Positions 8,951 through 18,226 of a DNA stretch of 32,000 bases are shown here, piece after piece. A program made the position numbers and the translations under genes. Under the pieces are notes generated by a model. It was not told the origin of the DNA and searched no databases. It saw nothing but the letters and a program-made list of their open reading frames with translations. The stretch's first letter is position 1. Each line of letters starts with the position of its first letter. The stretch comes from Promethearchaeota archaeon (GTDB lineage Archaea > Asgardarchaeota > Lokiarchaeia > Sigyniarchaeales > SOKP01): assembly GCA_030606485.1 (NCBI GenBank), contig JAUWGH010000007.1, positions 180,001-212,000 on the forward strand, given 5' to 3'.

Positions 8951-10483
8951 TTGTTAAATAAAATTGGAACAGTATTTTCTATACCCCAGATGGATTTACC
9001 AAATGTATCAAAGTACGCTTTTGTTTTATCTAAGGGGAAGCAAAATTCTGTTGTTAAAAAGGGTTTATTCTGCATAACTCAAACTTCTGAGGGGTGGCTG
9101 ATTGGAATTGTTGAAAAAATAATTTTAGAAAATGAGTATTTTTCAAATGTTCAAACTGTAAAGGACTATAATGAAAATAATCTAAATGTAATTAAAGGAA
9201 TGTTTCCATCTGAAAATTTTGAATACGGAATTGCTATAATTAAGTGTCTGGGAATCATTTCCTTTAAGGATGAGACTAAAACAAAAATATCCAACATTAA
9301 ACGGATGTTATTTCCTGCTAAACCGGGAGCTGAAGTTCATCTGTGCAGTGAGGAAATTCTGAGTGAATTCTTAGGATTCAATAATAAAAATGGTTTAAAT
9401 TTAGGTAAAGTTAAAATTGCAGATTTTGATGCAAAAATCGATATCAATAGACTTTTGAATAAACATTTTGCAACTTTAGCAATTTCGGGAGCTGGTAAAA
9501 GTTATTTAACATCTGTTCTGTTAGAAGAGTTGCTTTTAAGGGATAAAGAGAGCGGGGTTCCAGCAATTGTCTTAATTGACGTCCATGGTGAATATGTTTA
9601 TTTTCATAATATTAAGAAATTCAAAAATCGAGTAAGCATTCAAGATTCTTCTTATTTTCAGATTTCTGTGCCAAAATTATTTGCTAAATCTTTTAAAAAG
9701 TATCAAGAAAATATTTCAGCTGCCCAAGTAAGAGAATTAAATAAAATTTTAACAAAAATTAGAAATCAAAAACAAAGTAAATCATATACAATCAAAGACA
9801 TTATTGATAATATTGAAAACGATGAAGAGATTAATAAAAGCACTCAACAAGCCTTAATTGGATGGTTAGACGAATTAGATTACCTACAACTCTTTGGCTC
9901 CCAAGAAAATCCTCCAATTAAGCATTTATTAAAAACTGGAAATTTAACAATCTTCAATTTACAATCTGAGACCTCTATTCGCAAAAAACAGATTATAGTT
10001 GATTACATTGCAAGCCAACTCTTTTATTTCCGAAAGAAAAATAAAATTCCTCCTTTTCTGTTAATTATAGAAGAATCTCATCAATTTTGTCCTGAAGCGG
10101 CACAATCAAAGGCAATTTCTAAATGGATAATTGAAACGATCGCTCGAGAAGGAAGGAAATTTATGGCATGTTTGAATTTGATCTCCCAGCGTCCAAAACG
10201 ATTGAGTTCTACTGCTTTATCCCAATGTAATTCTAAATTAATATTGAAAATCTCTAATCCCTATGATTTAAAACATATTCAGGAATCAGATGAATCCATT
10301 ACAAAATCATACACTGATATGATTTCCAGCTTAGCAGTCGGAGAATTATTGATTGTTGGAAATGCAGTAAATTATCCTGCATTTATTGAAGTACGCCAAC
10401 GTATTTGCGATCAAACAAAATCGCGCTCATTATTAGAAATGTGTAGTCACTGGTGGAATATTCATGAGAAAGAGAGAAATTAA
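8951..10483 (+). CDS. HerA/DUF87-family P-loop ATPase
   Basis: N-terminal HAS-barrel-like region, LLNKHFATLAISGAGKS (Walker A), IDVHGEY, IIEESHQFCP, AREGRKF, ISQRPKRLSSTALSQCN; TTG start. Confidence 0.88.
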   Translation: MLNKIGTVFSIPQMDLPNVSKYAFVLSKGKQNSVVKKGLFCITQTSEGWLIGIVEKIILENEYFSNVQTVKDYNENNLNVIKGMFPSENFEYGIAIIKCLGIISFKDETKTKISNIKRMLFPAKPGAEVHLCSEEILSEFLGFNNKNGLNLGKVKIADFDAKIDINRLLNKHFATLAISGAGKSYLTSVLLEELLLRDKESGVPAIVLIDVHGEYVYFHNIKKFKNRVSIQDSSYFQISVPKLFAKSFKKYQENISAAQVRELNKILTKIRNQKQSKSYTIKDIIDNIENDEEINKSTQQALIGWLDELDYLQLFGSQENPPIKHLLKTGNLTIFNLQSETSIRKKQIIVDYIASQLFYFRKKNKIPPFLLIIEESHQFCPEAAQSKAISKWIIETIAREGRKFMACLNLISQRPKRLSSTALSQCNSKLILKISNPYDLKHIQESDESITKSYTDMISSLAVGELLIVGNAVNYPAFIEVRQRICDQTKSRSLLEMCSHWWNIHEKERN

Positions 10484-10756
10484 TTAAGATAGATTTTCTA
10501 ACACTTCTTTATTTAATACTTTTTTGTTTTTCTGTAACGTAATCATTCTTTTCGTTTTTGTAATTTTCTGTAGGTATATTGCTCCCATCGTTTCTAACTT
10601 CAACAAATATTCATTCAGAATGACCATATTTAAATATGAATAACTTTTTTTTAACAACTCTAAAAGCCTTTGATCCAAGATTTCTCCTTTTTGAGATACA
10701 ATAATGTCGATTATCTCGTTGATTACTGGTTTAGCGCTCCAAATTTCTGATTTCAT
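10484..10756 (-). CDS. small hypothetical protein, winged-helix-like
   Basis: 90-aa ORF co-oriented downstream of cdc48; pattern of three helices followed by LLKLETMGAIYL and a beta hairpin. Confidence 0.6.
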   Translation of the reverse strand: MKSEIWSAKPVINEIIDIIVSQKGEILDQRLLELLKKSYSYLNMVILNEYLLKLETMGAIYLQKITKTKRMITLQKNKKVLNKEVLENLS

Positions 10757-10832
10757 TCTTATATATCACACTTTTTAAAATATCTTTTTAATTAATTATT
10801 ATAAATTTTTATAAAAAATATCCATTTGGAAA

Positions 10833-13082
10833 TTACACAAAAAATTGCTCTTCTGGCTTTTTACGAATACTACCTCTTCTTAGAATCTTCTCAAATTCTT
10901 GGTAAAATTTAACGATCTCATCCGTAATTGTAGGATGTACGGATTTTAATGCTTCTTTGAAATGATTTTTGGATACTTTCCTTTTATTAATGTTTTCTCT
11001 AAGTGCAACCATTGCTGCTTCTCTGCAAAAGGATTCTATATCTGCTCCTGAAAAATTATCGGTTATTTCTAATAACTCATCAATTTTTACATCAGACGCA
11101 AGAGGAATATCTTTGAGAAAAATTTTAAAGATTAATCTTCTATCTTCTTTTGTTGGTGCTGGAATAAATAATAATCTATCAATTCTCCCAGGACGAATTA
11201 AGGCGGGATCTAAGATATCTGGCCTGTTTGTTGCAGCAATTACAATAAGATCTTTCGTTTGTTCTAATCCATCTAATTCAGTCAGAAATTGAGAAATAAC
11301 ACGTTCAGTGACTCCCGAATCACCATAATGGCCCCCCCGTCTAGGGGCTATTGAATCTAATTCATCGAAAAATATGATACATGGTGCAGCTAATTTGGCT
11401 TTTCTAAAGATTTCCCTTATTGCTTTCTCACTTTCTCCAACCCATTTTGATAATAATTCTGGCCCCTTAATAGAAATAAAATTGGCTTTAGTTTCAGTAG
11501 CTACTGCTCTTGCTAAAAGAGTTTTTCCACAACCTGGAGGTCCAAATAATAATATACCACGGGGTGGTTTAATACCCATTCTCTCAAAAACTTTTGGGTT
11601 AGATAATGGCCAATCTATAGCTTCTATTAATCGTTGTTTTACATCATCTAGACCACCAACTTCATCCCATTTAACTCGTGGTACTTCAATGAATACCTCT
11701 CTAATTCCTGAAGGTGTGACCTCTTTTAAAGCACTTTCAAAATCTTCTTCAATCACTTCTATTTGTTCTAGTAATTCTGGGTCAATCTCTTCAGATTCTA
11801 AATCTATATGAGGTAAATATCTTCGCAATGCTGCCATTGCCGCTTCACGACATACTGCAGATATATCAGCTCCCACAAATCCATGAGTATGTCTAGAAAA
11901 TTCTTTTAAATTGATTCCTTTTGCAAGTGGCATATTTCTTGTATGTATTAAAAATATTTCATAACGTCCTTTCTCATCAGGGACTTTAATCTCAATTTCT
12001 CTATCAAATCGTCCCGGTCTTCTTAAAGCGGGATCTAAACTATTGGGACGGTTTGTAGCCCCAATGACAATTACTTTCCCTCTAGAATGTAATCCATCCA
12101 TACAAGCTAACATTTGAGCAACAACTCTTCGTTCTACTTCACCTGTAACTGTCTCTCTTTTTGGAGCTATTGCATCAATCTCATCAATAAATATAATACC
12201 AGGAGCTTTTTCTTCCGCTTCTTGAAATAGTTTCCTTAATCTTTTCTCAGATTCACCATAAAATTTACTCATAATTTCAGGTCCATTAATTGATATAAAA
12301 TGTGCTTCACTTTCATTGGCTACTGCTTTCGCCAATAATGTCTTCCCACAACCGGGAGGGCCACGAAGTAATACACCTTTTGGTGGATCAATCCCTAATC
12401 TTTTAAATAATGATGGATGTCGAAGAGGTAGCTCAACCATTTCTCTCACACGGGTAATTTCTTTATCTAAACCACCAACATCTTCATAAGTTACGTAAGA
12501 AATCCCCATTTTTTCCTCTTCGCTAATTTTTTCGCTTATATGAAGAATCGTCTGCTCATTATTTATGATACAGATTCCTTTAGGATTTGTTCTAATTACT
12601 TTAAATGTAATTTCTCGAGAGATTCCAATCGAGATGAATATTGTATCATTTATGGTAATCGGATAATTATCTAATTTTCTTTTTACAAAACTTTCAAACC
12701 TAGGATTTGATCTGATCTTAACTTCGCTAGGAGCTAATATTACATTTTTTGCAATTTTAACATTCACTTTTCGTAGCTCAACTAAATCATCAATACTTGC
12801 TCCAGTATTTTTACGAAGCCTTGAGTCAATCCTAACTATATTCAGACCTGAATCTTGAGGATAACTTGGCCATGCTATGCCTGCACTTTCTGTTTTACCT
12901 TTAATTGCAACAACATCACCTGTTTTAATATTCAACCGTTCCATAATTTCATGGTCAATTCTTATAATGTTTCTTCCGATATCACGCTTTTTGGCTTTTT
13001 GAATTCTTAAATGTACTTTTCCATAAGAGTCCTCAGTCTCTTCTTCTTCATCCTCAAAATCATCGTCTTTAGATTCAGCCAT
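10833..13082 (-). CDS. cdc48: CDC48/VCP (VAT) AAA+ ATPase
   Basis: N-domain, two GPPGCGKT Walker A motifs, IFIDEID/IFFDELD Walker B, ATNRP...DPAL.RPGR.DR in both rings. ATG at 13082 preferred over the TTG at 13091. Confidence 0.97.
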   Translation of the reverse strand: MAESKDDDFEDEEEETEDSYGKVHLRIQKAKKRDIGRNIIRIDHEIMERLNIKTGDVVAIKGKTESAGIAWPSYPQDSGLNIVRIDSRLRKNTGASIDDLVELRKVNVKIAKNVILAPSEVKIRSNPRFESFVKRKLDNYPITINDTIFISIGISREITFKVIRTNPKGICIINNEQTILHISEKISEEEKMGISYVTYEDVGGLDKEITRVREMVELPLRHPSLFKRLGIDPPKGVLLRGPPGCGKTLLAKAVANESEAHFISINGPEIMSKFYGESEKRLRKLFQEAEEKAPGIIFIDEIDAIAPKRETVTGEVERRVVAQMLACMDGLHSRGKVIVIGATNRPNSLDPALRRPGRFDREIEIKVPDEKGRYEIFLIHTRNMPLAKGINLKEFSRHTHGFVGADISAVCREAAMAALRRYLPHIDLESEEIDPELLEQIEVIEEDFESALKEVTPSGIREVFIEVPRVKWDEVGGLDDVKQRLIEAIDWPLSNPKVFERMGIKPPRGILLFGPPGCGKTLLARAVATETKANFISIKGPELLSKWVGESEKAIREIFRKAKLAAPCIIFFDELDSIAPRRGGHYGDSGVTERVISQFLTELDGLEQTKDLIVIAATNRPDILDPALIRPGRIDRLLFIPAPTKEDRRLIFKIFLKDIPLASDVKIDELLEITDNFSGADIESFCREAAMVALRENINKRKVSKNHFKEALKSVHPTITDEIVKFYQEFEKILRRGSIRKKPEEQFFV

Positions 13083-13187
13083 AATTTTCAAATCCTTTTT
13101 TTTTAAAAAAAATCCTAATTAGTTTCTCCTTAAGAATAAGGAATAAACAAATATTGAAAAGTTTTTTGATTTATTACATACATAAAT

Positions 13188-14237
13188 TCATTTAAAAAAT
13201 TGTTCTAAAGATGTTTGTTTTGATGCAGATTCTATTTTTTTTAATCTTTCAAGGGCATTTTTAACCCGAGATTCTGAAAAATTGTGTTTATTAATTAAAA
13301 AATCTTCAATTTTATCAAACTTTGGTTTTCCTTTATTTAATGATGGATAATTCTCCTCAATTGAGGGATTTAGAAATAAATCCTTAACCATTTCAATTAA
13401 ATCGAGATTTAAATCTATTATTTGACCCCTAACTTTTACTTTTTTTGATACTATCTCTTCTATTGAATTATGTTTTTTTATTAAACTATAAGCCGTCTTT
13501 TCACCAATTCCTTTTACACCCTGGAAAAAATCTGTTCCAATCAAAATCCCCATCTCAATAAGCTGCTCTCTTGTAATATCCAAATTTTCTAAAAGTCTGG
13601 GCAATAGTATCCATTCGATATCCAGAGTAATGGAAGTGTCACCCACCTTACGAGACCGAGTTACAGCAAAATTTCTCAATAATCTCTTAGCCCCGAATAA
13701 AAGAGTATCATAATCTTGAGATGCTGAACCCCATACATCTCCTTTATTTACCATATAAGCAATTTGGGCTTCACCCTCTGATGAAGCTTGAACGACTGGA
13801 ACTCCCATAAAATCAAGTAAATTTTTACTGTCCTCAATCATCTTTTCATCTAATTTGGATGTAGCTTGTGCAAATTTTCTCGCTTCTACTAAATCCCCCT
13901 TTAATTGCGCCTCTTCCATTTTTGCTTTTGCTTCTAATTTTCTCTCTTTTCTTTCTCTTATAATTTCCAACTTTAAATTAGAAGGCTTTCCATCAAAAAC
14001 ATAAATTGGGTGAATATTTCCTTCAAGAAAATTAATTGTTCTATAAAATAACCCAGATAAATGTGAAGTAATATTTCCTTGATAATCCTTTAAGGGAGTA
14101 CCATCTTGCTGTCTAATTATAGCAAGGAACTGGTATAAAGTATTGAAAGCATCAATTGCAATCTTCTTATTGAATAAATTCTCAAAAGTGATAATCCTTT
14201 TCGTGTCCTTTACTAGCTCCCTTATTTTAACTCCCAT
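13188..14237 (-). CDS. fen: flap endonuclease 1
   Basis: MGVKI, IDAFNTLYQFL, VFDGKP, EGEAQ, SQDYDTLLFGA, GTDF..G..GIG, C-terminal PIP box QTSLEQFF. Confidence 0.97.
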   Translation of the reverse strand: MGVKIRELVKDTKRIITFENLFNKKIAIDAFNTLYQFLAIIRQQDGTPLKDYQGNITSHLSGLFYRTINFLEGNIHPIYVFDGKPSNLKLEIIRERKERKLEAKAKMEEAQLKGDLVEARKFAQATSKLDEKMIEDSKNLLDFMGVPVVQASSEGEAQIAYMVNKGDVWGSASQDYDTLLFGAKRLLRNFAVTRSRKVGDTSITLDIEWILLPRLLENLDITREQLIEMGILIGTDFFQGVKGIGEKTAYSLIKKHNSIEEIVSKKVKVRGQIIDLNLDLIEMVKDLFLNPSIEENYPSLNKGKPKFDKIEDFLINKHNFSESRVKNALERLKKIESASKQTSLEQFFK

Positions 14238-14323
14238 ATGCCTATCGCCCAGTTAAAATTTTTTTAAATCAATTCTCTAAAGTAATAATTCATTTGGACC
14301 TTTTAAATCACACTATTTTAATA

Positions 14324-15235
14324 TTACTTTAAAGGTAACGGAATTCTGGGTAATATCTTTTCTCTTAACCTAGAAAAGTAACTTTTACTAATATTACTTG
14401 AGAGTCTTATTAGCTTGAAAGTTTCTTCTGACATCTTAACCCGAATTTTATTTTTTGGATAGATTTTTGTTATTACGCGGCGTCCATCAATTATTAGGGT
14501 TCCATTTAAATGTGCTCTTAACAACGTTATTTCAAATTCTGAATCTTTTGGAAAAACTATCGGAACTAATCCTGAGCGTGCATATGGATTTATGGGAACT
14601 AATTGGATAACCTCAATGATTGGAGCTAAAATTGCTCCTCCAGCTGAGAATGCATAAGCAGTACTTCCTGTGGGTGTTGATAATATCAATCCATCTAAAT
14701 ATGCATTTGAGAGAAATTCACCATTCACTTTAACCGATATTTGCATCACTTTAGACTGCTTTGCAGAAATCAATAACACCTCATTTATTGCCTCATCCAA
14801 TTGAATATTTGAATTAGGAGATGTAGACAAAAAAGTAGATAATCGAGAGCACTTTTCTATTAAATATTTTCCATTTAAAATTTTTTCTAGATCATTATAT
14901 ACAGTCTTTTCATTTCCTTCACTTAAAAAGGCGATTGAAGTTCCTATTTTTGCACAACCATAAACTGGAGGCGTTTCCTTTTTAGGTAATTCATGAAACA
15001 CCCGTAAAATGGATCCATCACCCCCTACTGAAATGACAAACTTGATTTTGTTTTCTGTCATTTGATTAAGTTCCATTCCTAACTCTCCTCTGCCCAATCT
15101 ATTGCATATCCGTTTTTCTAAGAAGACTCTTTCGCCCTTCTCAATTAAGAAACTCATAATTCTTTTTGCTAATCTAATCGATTCAATTGAATCCATACGA
15201 GATGTGATCGCAATTGCTTTTTCTTCTTGACCCAC
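14324..15235 (-). CDS. nadK: NAD(+) kinase
   Basis: SVGGDGSIL, AINE, DGLILSTPTGSTAYAFSAGG, LVPINP, IDG; GTG start. Confidence 0.9.
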   Translation of the reverse strand: MGQEEKAIAITSRMDSIESIRLAKRIMSFLIEKGERVFLEKRICNRLGRGELGMELNQMTENKIKFVISVGGDGSILRVFHELPKKETPPVYGCAKIGTSIAFLSEGNEKTVYNDLEKILNGKYLIEKCSRLSTFLSTSPNSNIQLDEAINEVLLISAKQSKVMQISVKVNGEFLSNAYLDGLILSTPTGSTAYAFSAGGAILAPIIEVIQLVPINPYARSGLVPIVFPKDSEFEITLLRAHLNGTLIIDGRRVITKIYPKNKIRVKMSEETFKLIRLSSNISKSYFSRLREKILPRIPLPLK

Positions 15236-15451
15236 TTCTACATATGCCTCTATTAATTTTTGTAATAATAATTCAAAATATATTAAAAAAAATTCTTATG
15301 AAACAAATATTTCAGAAATCCGACTATTTACTTTGTATTTACTTTTAAAATATCACTTTCGATATAATTATAATATAAGAATAAAAATTATTTAAAATAT
15401 ATTTTTGGAGGTAAAATTTTAGTTTAAAACAAAATAGACTGAGTATTTAAG

Positions 15452-15880
15452 TTAATCAATAGTTATCCGCTTGATTATTTTTCTACCAAGTAAGTCCCAA
15501 TACTCAACTGTTGAATGACTCATTTTATCTTCATCTTGTCTTAATTCCATGAGTTTATTGATTAAGTCTTGTTCTTTAGGCCATTTAATATCAAATGACT
15601 CATAACTCTCATTATCCATAATCTGCAATGTAGCATCTTCAATAAAATTTATATGAGCAATTCCTTTAATTATCTCTGGAGTATCGACCATATGTCCAGA
15701 AGGAATTGTTAAAGAACGTTTATTTCCATCAAAGAGCCCTACACATACAACCTTCATTTTTGCATGTCCATGTTTACCGGATTTACTTTTTTCTATAGAT
15801 TTAATTAAACAAGGCTCTCCATCCTCAATAACGTAAGACCCTTTTTTTAATTTTTGAATTTCTGTTTTTCTAATTGACAT
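15452..15880 (-). CDS. eif5a: translation factor aIF5A/eIF-5A
   Basis: Hypusine-site motif KSGKHGHAK, then GLFDG and QIMDNESYESFD. Confidence 0.95.
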   Translation of the reverse strand: MSIRKTEIQKLKKGSYVIEDGEPCLIKSIEKSKSGKHGHAKMKVVCVGLFDGNKRSLTIPSGHMVDTPEIIKGIAHINFIEDATLQIMDNESYESFDIKWPKEQDLINKLMELRQDEDKMSHSTVEYWDLLGRKIIKRITID

Positions 15881-15979
15881 CTTTAATACTTCTTTTTAAT
15901 TTTTGATTATTTTCTTCGTTAATTTATCATATTTTATATTTTTTTTTGTTTTTGTTAATCAATTAAACTTACTTATTCT

Positions 15980-16402
15980 TTAAAAATCTTTAAAAAGCAT
16001 TTCTTTAAGTTCTTCGGGAATCCCTTCCCTATTTCGTAAATCAATAGCAATAAAATTTAACATATCATAAGGTGCCTGCTTTCTTTCCCAAACAATTCTA
16101 ATCCAGTTCTCTATCCATTCCAATTTTACATAGGGATCCTTTAACATCGCTCTAAATGCCGTAATCTTTTTTACTTCTGTTAATTTATCTTCAAGCATGC
16201 ATGCTACTGCCCACATATTAATAATTGCTTCTAATTCGGAATCTATAGGAACTAAATTAAAAGCTTTTGTAAAGAATTTTTTTTTGTATTCTATAGATTC
16301 ATTACTCATTAGAAGCGCTCGACCTAAATCCATTGCAGTCTTATTTTTTGGTGATTTCTCAAGTGTTGTAAGAAGATTTTGAATTCTATTGGATTTACTC
16401 AT
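15980..16402 (-). CDS. hypothetical alpha-helical protein
   Basis: ORF track gives 16456; the internal ATG at 16402 (MSKSNRIQ) looks more plausible because the extra 18 codons resemble translated A/T-rich intergenic DNA. No recognised motif. Confidence 0.65.
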   Translation of the reverse strand: MSKSNRIQNLLTTLEKSPKNKTAMDLGRALLMSNESIEYKKKFFTKAFNLVPIDSELEAIINMWAVACMLEDKLTEVKKITAFRAMLKDPYVKLEWIENWIRIVWERKQAPYDMLNFIAIDLRNREGIPEELKEMLFKDF

Positions 16403-16625
16403 AAAATATCTATAGTGATATCGCTTTTTAATTTTTTTTATAAAATAGATTCGCATCTATTAAATTTACATAATAAATTTAAAGTGAATATGTAGAAAGT
16501 ATTAAATTCTCTTTTGTTAATTCTCATTTATTTAAATTTATTTTTTTTTCTTTCCTTTATTCTTTAGTAAAAAATTATGTTTAGGAAAAAAATAAACATA
16601 ATAATATATTTATTCTAAAATAATA

Positions 16626-16649
16626 TTTAAAATAAAATTTAAAATAAAA
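16626..16649 (+). promoter_or_regulatory. tandem TTTAAAATAAAA x2, candidate TATA box(es) for the hairpin/srp54 transcript
   Basis: Exact 12-bp direct repeat; the first copy lies at TATA-box distance from the hairpin 5' end. Confidence 0.4.
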
Positions 16650-16651
16650 TA

Positions 16652-16709
16652 ATCCGGTTGTGGCGCAACGAAGTGCTGGACTCCCACTGCTGAAATGTCG
16701 CAACCCGAT
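16652..16709 (+). ncRNA. structured RNA element (kink-turn hairpin) upstream of srp54; 5' leader or small RNA
   Basis: 33/58 GC next to 1 GC in the preceding 51 nt; GGTTGTG/CGCAACC stem; GA + AGTG/CACT + 3-nt bulge GCT + GA fits the K-turn consensus. Confidence 0.6.
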
Positions 16710-16739
16710 AAAAGAATAGTTTAATTTGTGCGATAAGAT

Positions 16740-18101
16740 ATGGTTTTGGAGGCTCTTGGAAAATCTTTAGATAGTGCGATAAGGAAGATTCGTCGACTCC
16801 CTAAGGTCGATAAGGATGCAATCGATGCTTTAATTCAAGAGCTGCAAAGGGCTTTACTTTCTGCTGATGTAAAAGTGGAAATCGTTTTTGAAGCAACGGA
16901 AAGAATCAAAAAGGAAGCAATGGACACGAAGTTAAGTAGTTCTATAAGGAGAAGGGATTTCATAATTAAAATCGTCCACGATGAGTTAGTCAACACTCTT
17001 GGAGGGAAATCAACTCCTATACGTATTAAGCCCAATAAGCTAAATATAATTCTCCTGGTTGGCATTCAGGGAAGTGGAAAAACCACCACAGTAGGAAAGC
17101 TTGCAAATTACTATAAAAGCAAAGGATACAAAATTGCTGTAGTTGGCGGAGATAATTTCCGGCCTGGAGCTTTTGAACAACTTCAACAGCTTTGCGATCC
17201 AATTAATGTAAAAGTATATGGAAATCCAAATGAAAAAAATACTGTAAAGCTTGTTGTAAAACAAACGAAATTGGCTTTAAAACAAGATTATAACATAATA
17301 ATTATTGATACAGCAGGACGCCATAAGGAAGAAAAGGAACTTATGAAAGAAATTGAAAAAATCGCAGCGGTAGTTAAACCGGATGAAGTTATTTTAGTTA
17401 TTGATGGAACACTTGGACAACAAGCATATAATCAAGCTCTGGAATTCTCTAAGGCAACTCGAGTAGGTTCTATAATAGTCACAAAATTAGATGGAACAGC
17501 AAAAGGCGGAGGGGTATTATCAGCAGTTGCTGCTACAAACGCTCCTATAAAATTTATTGGAATAGGAGAAAAAATTGATCAATTTGAACTATTTGAGCCC
17601 ACTCGATTTGCCGGGACACTACTTGGAATACCTGATTTAGAGGGTTTAGTTCAAAAAGTTCAAGACGCAATGGCTGAACCAGATCCAGAAATGGTTAAGC
17701 GAATGATGCGAGGGAAATTTACATTAGAAGATCTTTATATCCAGCTAAAAGCGATAAAAAAGATGGGCAGATTGGGAAAACTTTTAGGAATGATGGGTAT
17801 AGGTAATATTCCTGATGAGGCAAAGGAGATGGCCGAGCAAAATTTAGATCAATGGGAAGTTGTATTAAACTCGATGACGAAAGAAGAGAAAGAGACCCCC
17901 AAAATCATCAAAAAGTCAAGAAAACGCAGGATTGCAATTGGAAGTGGCACCTCATATACAACCATTAATAAAATGCTAGATCAATATAATCAAATGAAAT
18001 CAATGATGAAAAAATTTATGAAACTAAGAAAAAAAAGCAAACGCGGAGGCTTACCTGGCTTACCTCCTGGTTTTGATTTGCCTTCTGAATTTAAATTATG
18101 A
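16740..18101 (+). CDS. srp54: signal recognition particle protein SRP54
   Basis: [37 protein letters not shown] domain SMT...[11 protein letters not shown]. Confidence 0.97.
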   Translation: MVLEALGKSLDSAIRKIRRLPKVDKDAIDALIQELQRALLSADVKVEIVFEATERIKKEAMDTKLSSSIRRRDFIIKIVHDELVNTLGGKSTPIRIKPNKLNIILLVGIQGSGKTTTVGKLANYYKSKGYKIAVVGGDNFRPGAFEQLQQLCDPINVKVYGNPNEKNTVKLVVKQTKLALKQDYNIIIIDTAGRHKEEKELMKEIEKIAAVVKPDEVILVIDGTLGQQAYNQALEFSKATRVGSIIVTKLDGTAKGGGVLSAVAATNAPIKFIGIGEKIDQFELFEPTRFAGTLLGIPDLEGLVQKVQDAMAEPDPEMVKRMMRGKFTLEDLYIQLKAIKKMGRLGKLLGMMGIGNIPDEAKEMAEQNLDQWEVVLNSMTKEEKETPKIIKKSRKRRIAIGSGTSYTTINKMLDQYNQMKSMMKKFMKLRKKSKRGGLPGLPPGFDLPSEFKL

Positions 18102-18135
18102 TTTTTCTACGCATCTTCAAACTTTTTATTTTAAT
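18102..18135 (+). terminator. T-rich tract after srp54, candidate archaeal oligo-U terminator
   Basis: TTTTT...CTTTTTATTTTT immediately after the stop codon. Confidence 0.35.
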
Positions 18136-18226
18136 TCACAGTACAACAAAAGTTAAATTGTTTAATATCAATTTATTAAGTTTTATAAAAAATTATTAAA
18201 TTATTATTCTTAATTAACAACATAAC

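Noticed and set aside
16654-16695. Resemblance of GTGGCGC...GTGCTGGACTCCCACT to the 5' Alu domain of eukaryotic 7SL RNA, right beside srp54
   Set aside because: Alu helix 4 cannot form, there is no S-domain (helix 6/8 with GNRA loop and AGCA motif), and only 30 nt remain before the srp54 ATG. This is not SRP RNA; the similarity is treated as probable coincidence.
16652-16709. Hairpin as a tRNA, box C/D sRNA, H/ACA RNA or SECIS
   Set aside because: A D-arm-like GCGC/GTGC exists, but there is no anticodon arm or T-arm. There is no RUGAUGA C box, the would-be guides pair with each other, there is no clear pocket or ACA box, and it lies 5' of both flanking genes with no TGA-interrupted gene nearby.
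16660-16719. 19-codon GTG ORF (MAQRSAGLPLLKCRNPIKE) across the hairpin
   Set aside because: No SD, no recognisable motif, and codon usage unlike the genome; the GC content is explained by RNA structure
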